Origin: Micrococcus luteus NCTC 2665
GTDB taxonomy: Bacteria; Actinomycetota; Actinomycetes; Actinomycetales; Micrococcaceae
Direction: 5' to 3'
DNA length: 32,000 nucleotides
Assembly: GCF_000023205.1 (NCBI RefSeq)
Contig: NC_012803.1
Location: 2,130,001-2,162,000, forward strand
Made by a program: the position numbers and the translations under genes. Shown in pieces: positions 8,070 to 15,664 of this stretch. The notes under the pieces were generated by a model, which saw nothing but the letters and a program-made list of their open reading frames with translations, did no database searches and had not been told where the DNA came from. Numbering within the stretch: the first letter of the stretch is position 1; each line of letters begins with the position of its first letter.

Positions 8070-9618
8070 ATGCCGCCCTCCCAGGATGCAGCGTCCCTGA
8101 CCCAGCTCGGCGTGATCGGGGTGATCCTGCTCGTCGTGCTGTTCTACGCCGGGACCATGATCATGTCCGTGGCCATCTCCCAGAAGAGGGAGAACGCCGA
8201 CGCCTACATGACGGCAGGCAACCAGATCGGCTTCGGCGTGTCCGCCGCCTCCATGACGGCCACCTGGATCTGGGCCGCCTCCATGTACGCCTCCGTGACC
8301 GCCGGCTACACGTACGGCGTCTCCCGTGCTCGGCTCCGTCATCTCCCTGACCTCCAACTTCATCGCCGGCGGCGCCCTGATCTCCCTGCTGTCCCCGCTG
8401 TCCTTCGGCGCGGGCATCCTGATCGTGGCGGCGGGCGTGCTGCTGTACACCCTGTGGTCCGGCTTCCGTGCCTCCGTGCTCACCGACTTCGCCCAGGTGA
8501 TGGCCATGCTCGGCGCGACCGTCATCATCACCCCCGCCGTGTTCTTCGTCGCCGGCGGCCCGGACATGTTCCGAGCCGGCGTCGAGGCGGGCCACGTCAC
8601 GGCCCAGCAGCAGAGCTTCTTCTCCTCCGAGGCGTTCATGAACCAGGGGGCGCCGTACATCGCGGCCGTGCTGGCCTACGCGATCGGCAACCAGACCATC
8701 GCCCAGCGCCTCTTCGCCGTGCGTGAGGACCTCATCAAGCCCACCTTGGTCACGGCCACCCTCGGCTACGGCGGCACCGTGATCGGCGTCGGCATGCTCG
8801 GCGTGATGGCCCTGTACCTGGGCGTCGAGCCGCTCGACGGCGACGTCAACAACCTCCTGCCGCAGATGGTCTCCAGCTACCTGCCGCTGCTCGTGGTGGC
8901 CCTGGCGTTCCTGATGATCATCGGCTCGCTGTCCTCCACGGCGGACTCGGACCTCTCCGCGCTGTCCTCGATCGTGATGGCGGACGTCTACGGCCAGTCC
9001 GTGGGCCGCGAGAACGCGAACCCGAAGACCATGCTGCTGATCGGCCGCGTCACCATGATCGTGGCCACCGCCGCCGCCCTGTACTTCGCCACCGCGCAGT
9101 TCAACATCCTCGACCTGCTCGTGTTCGTGGGCGCCCTGTGGGGCTGTCTCGTGTTCCCCGTGATCGCGTCCTTCTACTGGCGCAAGGTCACCAACGCGGC
9201 CTTCACCGTGGGCGTGCTCGCCGCGCTCGTCGTGTTCCTGCCGGTGCGCTTCGAGTGGATCCCCCTCACCGGCGCCTGGGCGATCGTGGTGGAGACCCTG
9301 GCGATCATCGGCGTCGGCGTGGTCCTCGGGATCATGGCCTTCGGGTTCTTCGGGCTGCGGGCCGCCGTGGCGGTGGGGGCGCTGGCCTCCGCGGCGATGG
9401 TGTTCGTCGGCTACGGCTTCCTGCGCGACTACGCGACCCTGTCCGGCTCACTCGTGGCCTACGCGGTCTCGTTCCTGGTTTGCTGGGGCATGTCCGTCCG
9501 CTCCCGGCAGGACTTCGACTTCGACCGCATCGCCCGGGTGACCGGCGACTTCGACCCGACGGCCGACGACGCCGGCGACCGCCCCGTGGCCCAGCCCGCC
9601 GGCGCCCGCGCGTCCTGA
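8070..9618 (+). pseudogene. Sodium:solute symporter (SSS) family transporter, interrupted (frame change at ~8322-8328, probably missing a transmembrane segment)
   Basis: ATG 8070 is preceded by GAAAGGAAG and encodes TM1-TM2: LGVIGVILLVVLFYAGTMIM, GNQIGFGVSAASMTATWIWAASMYASVTAGYTYGVS. The frame then decays into R/P-rich sequence. The SSS sequence resumes in the +1 frame (ORF 8326..9618): VLGSVISLTSNFIAGGALISLLSPLSFGAGILIV...SVLTDFAQ. That second frame is open only from 8299. Confidence 0.65.
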
Positions 9619-9653
9619 CCGACCGACCGATCTGACCCCCGAAGGAGACCCCG

Positions 9654-9782
9654 ATGACCCTCGGACTCACCCTGTACGTCCTGATGTGGCCGGTGATCGT
9701 GCTGGCCGTCCTCATCACCGTCGCCGCCGCGTTCTTCAAGGACTGGCGCGATGCACGCCGCGAGGGCCGCTCGATCATCTGA
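9654..9782 (+). CDS. Small (42 aa) single-TM membrane protein, likely symporter accessory subunit
   Basis: Not in the ORF track because it is below the length cutoff. ATG 9654 lies 5 nt after the strong RBS GAAGGAGA (9641-9648). Product: MTLGLTLYVLMWPVIVLAVLITVAAAFFKDWRDARREGRSII, one hydrophobic helix plus a basic tail. Located 35 nt after the SSS stop. Confidence 0.6.
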   Translation: MTLGLTLYVLMWPVIVLAVLITVAAAFFKDWRDARREGRSII

Positions 9783-9806
9783 CGGCCGGGCGGACGCCCC
9801 CTGCCC

Positions 9807-9849
9807 GACGCCGGGCCGCACCTTCCCCAGGAAGGCGCGGCCCGGCGTC
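9807..9849. terminator. Bidirectional hairpin between convergent small ORF and lutC
   Basis: GACGCCGGGCCGCACCTTCC (9807-9826) and GGAAGGCGCGGCCCGGCGTC (9830-9849) form a 20-bp stem with 1 mismatch and a 3-nt loop. No U tract, a type I believe is common in GC-rich actinobacteria. Confidence 0.55.
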
Positions 9850-9889
9850 GTGGTCGGCGACCTCCCCCGCCGCGCCGGTGCCGGAGGGC

Positions 9890-10591
9890 TCAGCGGTCCA
9901 GGAGGATGACGTCCAGCCGTCGGGGCCCGTGCACGCCCTCGACGCGCTCGAGCTCGATGTCGCTGGTGGCCGAGGGGCCCGAGATCATGGTGATCGCGGC
10001 GGTCGGCTCCACCCGGGCGAGCGCCTCGGGGAACAGCTCCACCACGGTGTCCAGCGCGACGATGCACACGTGGTGGTCCGGCACCAGGGAGATGGCGCGC
10101 CGACCCTCCTCGGGGCGGCCCGTGAGGAAGATGGTCCCGGTCTCGGAACAGGAGACGGTGGAGCCGGTCACCACCGCGTCCAGCTCGTCCAGCTCGCGCA
10201 CCCCCAGGGCCCCCGCGTCGGCGGTGGCGGGCTCGGTGACCCGCACCCGGCCCTGTCCGTCCCCGGGCAGCCAGGCCGGGTCCAGACCCGGCGGGACCAC
10301 GTAGCGGGCGCCCTCTCCCAGCAGGTCCGCGACCCGGTCCGCCACGGTGCTCAGGTCCTCGCGGTGCACGCCGGCCTTGTAGTCGACGAGGCGGTCCACC
10401 AGCTGCTCGACGACGTCGCTGGGCGCCGCCTCGGAGGTGCGGCGGTAGGTCCGCTCCACCGGGTCCGGCGTCGGGCCGTCCTGCAGGGCCTGCCGGATCC
10501 GGTCGAGGATCGCGGCCCGGGCCTCGCCTCCGGGCCCGCCCGGGCCGGGCGTCGGGGTGGCCGGGACGGTGGTGGGGGTGGCCTCGCTCAT
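9890..10591 (-). CDS. lutC: Lactate utilization protein C (LUD domain)
   Basis: C-terminal 233 aa of ORF 9890..11437(-), from MSEATPTTVPAT. Contains ...GSTVSCSETGTIFLTGRPEEGRRAISLVPDHHVCIV...ISGPSATSDIE. ATG 10591 overlaps the lutB stop (ATGA). Confidence 0.85.
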   Translation of the reverse strand: MSEATPTTVPATPTPGPGGPGGEARAAILDRIRQALQDGPTPDPVERTYRRTSEAAPSDVVEQLVDRLVDYKAGVHREDLSTVADRVADLLGEGARYVVPPGLDPAWLPGDGQGRVRVTEPATADAGALGVRELDELDAVVTGSTVSCSETGTIFLTGRPEEGRRAISLVPDHHVCIVALDTVVELFPEALARVEPTAAITMISGPSATSDIELERVEGVHGPRRLDVILLDR

Positions 10592-12174
10592 CGCTGCTCC
10601 TGTCCGTCCGTCGTCGTGGTCTCGTCCTCGGCGGCGACGTCGCGGCGTCCGCCATCGCGCGCCACCCGCTCCTCGGTGTGCTCGGCGTTGCCGCGCCACC
10701 AGTTGCGGAAGGACTGGCGCGGGGGCGCGGGCACGTCCCGCTGGTCCGTCCAGCCGCCGGCGATCCCCGGCAGCCACCCGAGGGTGGCGTCCCGGCCCGC
10801 GGCCACCCGGCCCGCGGGCAGCCCGCGCTCGGCCATGCCCATGAGGGTGCCGGAGGACATCACGGTGCGGGCACCCGCCATGAGCAGGTCCATCTGCGAG
10901 GGCAGGGGCACCCGTGACTCCTCCTTCTTGCGCGCGTGGGTGGCGCGCACGTCCTGATCGCGCAGGTGCACCAGGATCGAGGGGATGTCGATGGCCACGG
11001 GGCAGACGTCGTAGCAGGCCCCGCACAGGGAAGACGCGTACGGGAGGCTGCCGTTGGCCCCCTCCTGCACGCCCGTGAGCTGCGGGGAGAGGATGGCGCC
11101 GATGGGTCCCGGGTAGACGGAGCCGTAGGCGTGGCCGCCGGTCTGCTCGTAGACGGGGCACACGTTCATGCACGCGGAGCAGCGGATGCAGTGCAGGGCG
11201 GAGCGGCCCTCGGGGTCGGAGAGCACCGCGGAGCGGCCGTTGTCCAGCAGCACCAGGTGGAACTCCTGCGGTCCGTCGCCGGGAGTGACCCCCGTCCACA
11301 TGGACGTGTAGGGGTTCATGCGCTCGCCGGTGGAGGAGCGGGGCAGCAGCTGGAGGAAGACCTCGAGGTCCTGGAACGTGGGGACGATCTTCTCGATGCC
11401 CATCACGGTGATGAGCGTCTCCGGCAGGGTCAGGCACATGCGGCCGTTGCCCTCGGACTCCACCACGGTCAGCGTGCCCGTCTCCGCCACGCCGAAGTTG
11501 GCGCCGGAGATGGCCACCGAGGTGGTGAGGAACTTCTCCCTCAGGTGCACGCGGGCCACGTCCGCGAGCGCGGAGGGGTCCGAGGTCAGGGACTCGTCGG
11601 TCTCCGGCATCTCCCGCACGAAGATCTCCCGGATCTCCTCCCGGTTGCGGTGGATGGCCGGGACCAGGATGTGGGAGGGCTTGTCATGGCCCAGCTGCAC
11701 GATCAGCTCGGCCAGGTCCGTCTCCACGGCGGCGATGCCCTCCGCCTGCAGTGCGTGCTCGAGGTCGATCTCCTGGGTGGCCATGGACTTGACCTTGATG
11801 ACCTCGTCCACGCCCTTGGCCTTCACGAGCCCGGAGATGATCCGGTTGGCCTCCTCGGCGTCCCGGGCCCAGTGGACGACGCCGCCGCGCGCGGTGACCC
11901 GCTGCTCGAACTGCTCGAGCAGGGCGGGCAGGTCCGCCATCACCTGCTGCTTCAGGGCGGAGCCGGCCTGGCGCAGCTCGGCCCAGTCCGGCAGCTCCCC
12001 CACCACGCGTGCGCGCTTGCCGCGGATGGTGTGGGTGGCGTGGTGGATGTTGGCGCGCATCTGGGCGTTGCCCAGCTGGGTGCGGGCCGCGGAGGGGAAG
12101 GGCTCGTCCAGGACGATGTTGCCGTGGCCGTGCGCGGGGCGGACGGCGGGCATGCCCAGGGCCGTGCGGGTCAT
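10588..12174 (-). CDS. lutB: Lactate utilization iron-sulfur protein B (two 4Fe-4S motifs + LUD domain)
   Basis: Part of ORF 10588..13002(-), from MTRTALGMPAV. Contains CIRCSACMNVCPVY and CGACYDVCPVAIDIP ferredoxin motifs and VPAIHRNREEI. ATG 12174 overlaps the lutA stop (ATGA). Confidence 0.9.
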   Translation of the reverse strand: MTRTALGMPAVRPAHGHGNIVLDEPFPSAARTQLGNAQMRANIHHATHTIRGKRARVVGELPDWAELRQAGSALKQQVMADLPALLEQFEQRVTARGGVVHWARDAEEANRIISGLVKAKGVDEVIKVKSMATQEIDLEHALQAEGIAAVETDLAELIVQLGHDKPSHILVPAIHRNREEIREIFVREMPETDESLTSDPSALADVARVHLREKFLTTSVAISGANFGVAETGTLTVVESEGNGRMCLTLPETLITVMGIEKIVPTFQDLEVFLQLLPRSSTGERMNPYTSMWTGVTPGDGPQEFHLVLLDNGRSAVLSDPEGRSALHCIRCSACMNVCPVYEQTGGHAYGSVYPGPIGAILSPQLTGVQEGANGSLPYASSLCGACYDVCPVAIDIPSILVHLRDQDVRATHARKKEESRVPLPSQMDLLMAGARTVMSSGTLMGMAERGLPAGRVAAGRDATLGWLPGIAGGWTDQRDVPAPPRQSFRNWWRGNAEHTEERVARDGGRRDVAAEDETTTTDGQEQR

Positions 12175-13025
12175 CGGGTGGCCTCCTTCTGACGACGGCG
12201 GCGGGCGGGTCCCTGCGCCGGGATGGACAGGTCCACGGGGCCGCTGACGTCCAGCGGGTTCTCGCGGGTGGCGGCGAGGATCTCCGCGAAGTGGAGGGTG
12301 GTGACGGGTGAGCCGTCCGGTGCGGTGGTCCCGCGCCGGGACATGACCCCGCCCAGGTGCAGCAGGCAGGACGCGTCCCCGCCGGTGCACAGCCGGGCCT
12401 GCGTGCGCTCGATGTTGCCGATCTTCTCCTCGGCCATGGCGCCGGAGACGTCCGGGTTCTTCAGGGAGAACGTCCCGCCGAAGCCGCAGCACTCCTCCGC
12501 GTCCGGCAGGGCGTGGTAGTCGATGTCCGCCACCGAGCGCAGCAGGCGTTCCTGCCGGTCCCCCAGCCGGAGCAGCCGCATGCCGTGGCAGGAGGGGTGG
12601 TATGTCACGGTGTGCGGGAACCAGGAGCCGAGCTGGGCGGCCGCGTCCGTGACGCCCAGGACGTCCGTGAGCAGGGCGGCGAGCTCGTAGGTGTTGGCGG
12701 CGACCTCTTCGGCGTCGCGGGCCAGGGCCTCGTCCCCCGCGGCGCGGGCCACCATGGGCTGCTGGTGGCCGAGGGAGGCGACGCAGGATCCGGAGGGTGC
12801 GACGGCGACGTCGTAGTCCGCGCCCTGGAAGGTGCGCACGTGGTTCTTCACCACGGGCAGGGCGTCGTCGAGGTAGCCGCTGTTGACGTGCATCTGCGCG
12901 CAGCAGCCCTGCCCCCGGGGGAAGACCACCTCGTGGCCGAGGCGCTCGAGGATGCGCACGGTCGCGAGCGCGACCTTCGGGTACATGGCGTCCACGATGC
13001 ACGTGGCGAACAGGGCGACTCTCAT
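12171..13025 (-). CDS. lutA: Lactate utilization protein A (CCG-domain Fe-S oxidoreductase)
   Basis: ORF 12171..13025(-): MRVALFATCIVDAMYPKVALATVRILERLGHEVVFPRGQGCCAQMHVNSGY...YHPSCHGMR...ECCGFGGTFS. RBS GGAGGA at 13031-13036. Confidence 0.9.
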   Translation of the reverse strand: MRVALFATCIVDAMYPKVALATVRILERLGHEVVFPRGQGCCAQMHVNSGYLDDALPVVKNHVRTFQGADYDVAVAPSGSCVASLGHQQPMVARAAGDEALARDAEEVAANTYELAALLTDVLGVTDAAAQLGSWFPHTVTYHPSCHGMRLLRLGDRQERLLRSVADIDYHALPDAEECCGFGGTFSLKNPDVSGAMAEEKIGNIERTQARLCTGGDASCLLHLGGVMSRRGTTAPDGSPVTTLHFAEILAATRENPLDVSGPVDLSIPAQGPARRRRQKEATR

Positions 13026-13086
13026 GTCCGTCCTCCGGGGGTCGACGGGTGGTGGAGCGGGCGCGGACGGGCGTCGCCCCTAGGTG

Positions 13087-13097
13087 TGGTCAGACCA
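13087..13097. promoter_or_regulatory. FadR/GntR-type operator TGGTCAGACCA (lutA-proximal)
   Basis: Perfect inverted repeat fitting the FadR-subfamily consensus TNGTNNNACNA. Located 62 nt upstream of the lutA start in the divergent lutA-lldP intergenic region. Confidence 0.6.
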
Positions 13098-13224
13098 TAG
13101 CAGAGTCCCTCCGCGTCTGTGACCCCCCTCACGCGGCCGCGCCGTGGTGACGCGGGGCATGCGCGCACCGGACGGAGGTTGCCGAGTGTGACGTGCACCA
13201 TTTACTGTCCGTGGACAGACGACT

Positions 13225-13237
13225 GTGGTCTGACCAC
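13225..13237. promoter_or_regulatory. FadR/GntR-type operator GTGGTCTGACCAC (lldP-proximal)
   Basis: 13-bp perfect palindrome with core TGGTCTGACCA, ending 24 nt upstream of the lldP GTG. A possible promoter TTGCCG(13179)-N18-TACTGT(13203) lies just upstream. A second palindrome, CTGTCCGTGGACAG, is at 13205-13218. Confidence 0.6.
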
Positions 13238-13260
13238 GCACCCCAGCACCAGGAGACCCC

Positions 13261-14955
13261 GTGGACCCCCTCATCCAAGCCAGCGCCCCCGTGGGCACGT
13301 TCACCGCGACCACCGACGCCGTCGCCGGCAGCCTCGGGCTCTCCGCGGCCCTCGGCACCATCCCGCTGCTGACCTTCTTCGTGATGCTCCTCCTGGTCAA
13401 GGCCAAGGCCTGGCAGGCGGGCCTCGTCTCCCTGACCGCCGCCGTGCTCGTGGCGATTCTCGCCTTCGGCATGCCCGCGGACCTCACCCTGCTCTCCGCC
13501 TCACAGGGCGCCGTGTTCGGCTTCTTCCCGATCGTGTGGATCGTGGTCATGGCGCTGTGGTTCTACCAGGTGACCGTCCTCTCCGGCCGATTCGAGGACA
13601 TGCGCGCCATCTTCGACACCGTGGGCGGCGGGGACATCCGCATCCAGGCCGTGCTGATCGCCTTCTGCTTCGGCGGCATGCTCGAGGCCCTCGCCGGGTT
13701 CGGCGCCCCCGTGGCCATCACCGCCACCATGCTGCTGGCCCTGGGACTGCCGCCCCTGAAGACCGCCGTGGTGGTGCTGCTGGCCAACACCGCCCCCGTG
13801 GCCTTCGGCGCCGTGGGCATCCCCATCACCACCGCCGGCCAGCTCACCGGCATCCCCGCCGCCGAGATCGGGGCGATCGTGGGGCACCAGGCCCCGTTCG
13901 TGGCCGTGCTCGTCCCGTTCTTCCTCGTGTGGATCATCGACGGGTTCCGCGGGATCCGCGAAACCTGGCCCGCGCTGCTGACCATCGGCGGCACCTTCGC
14001 GCTCGGCATCTGGTGGGCCTCCACGCACTTCTCGTACGAGCTGACCGACGTCGTTGCCTCCCTGCTGGCCATGGCCTCCGCCGTGGTGCTGCTGCGCTTC
14101 TGGCGGCCCAAGGGCGCCGCCGAGGCCGACGCCCGCCTCGGCATCACGCCCACCCGGCCCGCCGGCGACCTCACCCCCGGGCGGATCTGGATGGCCGTGC
14201 TCCCCTACCTGCTGGTCATCACCGTCTTCGGCATCGCCAAGCTCTGGACCCTCGGCTTCGACCTGGCCGGATGGCTCGCCTCCACCAACCTGCGCATCCC
14301 CTGGCCCGGCCTCGACGGCCGCCTGGTCACCGCGGCGGGCGAGCCGATCACCGGCACCGTCTACTCCTTCCAGTGGCTCTCCTCCCCCGGCACCCTGCTG
14401 CTGATCACCGGCCTGCTCGTGGCGTTGATCTACTCGGTCTTCACCGGCGGCGGACGGTTCCCGCTGCGCTTCGGCGACGCCCTCGCCGAGATCGGCCGGA
14501 GCTTCTGGAAGATGCGCTGGTCCGGGCTGACCATCGTGCTGGTGCTGTCCCTGGCGTACGTCATGAACTTCTCCGGCCAGACCCTGGCCATGGGCACCGC
14601 CATCGCCGGCGTGGGCGCGGCCTTCGCGTTCCTCTCCCCCGTGCTCGGCTGGCTCGGCACCGCCGTCACCGGTTCGGACACCTCCGCGAACGCCCTGTTC
14701 GCCACCCTGCAGCAGACGGCGGCCGAGGAGGCCGGCCTCGACCCCTCGCTCATGGTGGCCGCCAACACCTCCGGCGGCGTGGTGGGCAAGATGATCTCCC
14801 CGCAGTCCCTGGCCATCGCCGCCACCGCCGTGTCCATGGAGGGGCAGGAGTCCAAGATCCTGCGCACCGTGCTCCCCTGGTCCGTGGCGCTGCTCCTGAT
14901 GGTGTGCACCATCGTGTTCCTGCAGTCCAACGTCCTGTCCTGGATGCTGCCGTGA
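13261..14955 (+). CDS. lldP: L-lactate permease (LctP family)
   Basis: ORF 13261..14955, 564 aa, polytopic. Contains FGFFPIVWIVVMALWFYQVTV, IQAVLIAFCFGGMLEALAGFGAPVAITATML, LLANTAPVAFGAVGIPI and GSDTSANALFATLQ, all typical of LctP/LldP. GTG start lies 5 nt after AGGAG (13251-13255). Confidence 0.9.
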   Translation: MDPLIQASAPVGTFTATTDAVAGSLGLSAALGTIPLLTFFVMLLLVKAKAWQAGLVSLTAAVLVAILAFGMPADLTLLSASQGAVFGFFPIVWIVVMALWFYQVTVLSGRFEDMRAIFDTVGGGDIRIQAVLIAFCFGGMLEALAGFGAPVAITATMLLALGLPPLKTAVVVLLANTAPVAFGAVGIPITTAGQLTGIPAAEIGAIVGHQAPFVAVLVPFFLVWIIDGFRGIRETWPALLTIGGTFALGIWWASTHFSYELTDVVASLLAMASAVVLLRFWRPKGAAEADARLGITPTRPAGDLTPGRIWMAVLPYLLVITVFGIAKLWTLGFDLAGWLASTNLRIPWPGLDGRLVTAAGEPITGTVYSFQWLSSPGTLLLITGLLVALIYSVFTGGGRFPLRFGDALAEIGRSFWKMRWSGLTIVLVLSLAYVMNFSGQTLAMGTAIAGVGAAFAFLSPVLGWLGTAVTGSDTSANALFATLQQTAAEEAGLDPSLMVAANTSGGVVGKMISPQSLAIAATAVSMEGQESKILRTVLPWSVALLLMVCTIVFLQSNVLSWMLP

Positions 14956-14993
14956 TCGGGTGATCGGGTCGGGCGTCCGACGCCGAGCCAGGC

Positions 14994-15056
14994 CGCCGAG
15001 CCAGAGATTTCCGCCGTCATATCACGGTCTCCGAGGCGGAAATCTCTGGCTCGGCG
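14994..15056. repeat. Long perfect hairpin / palindromic element downstream of lldP
   Basis: Arms 14995-15015 (GCCGAGCCAGAGATTTCCGCC) and 15035-15055 (GGCGGAAATCTCTGGCTCGGC) are perfectly complementary, plus one extra C:G pair. The 19-nt loop is relatively AT-rich. It contains CGAGGCGGAAAT, which recurs at 30338. Confidence 0.7.
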
Positions 15057-15133
15057 CGTGCGTGGGTGCGTGGCTCGGCGCGTGCGCGGGCGGCTCGGCG
15101 CGTGGGTCGGTGCGTCGGCGCGCGCGTGGGTGG
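15048..15133. repeat. Degenerate tandem repeat (unit ~20-24 bp, GGCTCGGCGCGTG core)
   Basis: GGCTCGGCGCGTG occurs at 15048, 15072 and 15092, followed by a partial fourth unit. The first unit overlaps the right arm of the hairpin. Confidence 0.6.
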
Positions 15134-15240
15134 GGATGAGCCCCGTCCCGACCGCGCGGTCGCAAGGAGCCGCGCGGCCGCCGTCGGGCCTAGGGCGTGT
15201 CTGACAATGAGTCCAGGGGTCGGCTGACACCCTGGAAGGC

Positions 15241-15624
15241 ATGTCCCGCTTCCAGATGCTCTCCGATGCCCAATGGGAGCTGATCGCCCCGATGCTCCCT
15301 GCCCGGACCGGTCGACGGGGCCGGCCGTTCTCGGACGCCCGCACCATGGTGGAGGCGATCATCTACCGATACAGGTGCGGGATCCCCTGGCGGGACCTGC
15401 CCGAGGTCTACGGGCCTTGGCAGACCGTGTGGACCTGGCACCGGCGCTTGGCTGAAGAGGGCACCTGGGATGCGGTGCTGGCGAGGCTGACCGCCGCCGC
15501 GGACGCCGAAGGTCTGGTGGACTGGTCGGTGGCGGTGGACTCCACGATCGCCCGCGCCCACCAGCACGCCACGAACACCACCCGCCTCACGGGGGGCTGG
15601 ATCGAATTACACGAATCCGCGTGA
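15241..15624 (+). CDS. IS5-family transposase, OrfA (DUF4096-like N-terminal part, carries the first catalytic Asp region)
   Basis: MSRFQMLSDAQWELIAPMLP...IIYRYRCGIPWRDLPEVYGPWQTVWTWHRR...AVDSTIARAHQHA is typical of the IS5/IS427-group transposase N-terminus. Confidence 0.85.
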   Translation: MSRFQMLSDAQWELIAPMLPARTGRRGRPFSDARTMVEAIIYRYRCGIPWRDLPEVYGPWQTVWTWHRRLAEEGTWDAVLARLTAAADAEGLVDWSVAVDSTIARAHQHATNTTRLTGGWIELHESA

Positions 15625-15664
15625 GGAGCCGGCCGATCACGGCATCGGGCGCTCCCGGGGCGGG

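Noticed and set aside
8326-9618. Treating ORF 8326..9618 as a complete, independently started transporter gene.
   Set aside because: It has no RBS, its GTG lies inside the preceding coding frame, and it would lack the first two SSS helices. Those helices are encoded just upstream in another frame behind a good RBS.
13119-14963. 614-aa ORF 13119..14963(+) overlapping lldP in another frame.
   Set aside because: It is Arg/Pro/His-rich low-complexity translation. The 13261 frame gives a textbook LctP permease with an RBS.
15048-15133. Possible CRISPR array.
   Set aside because: The repeats are only about 13 nt of conserved core, immediately adjacent, with fillers of variable length and degenerate sequence. 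There are no unique spacers of regular length and no cas genes in the window.
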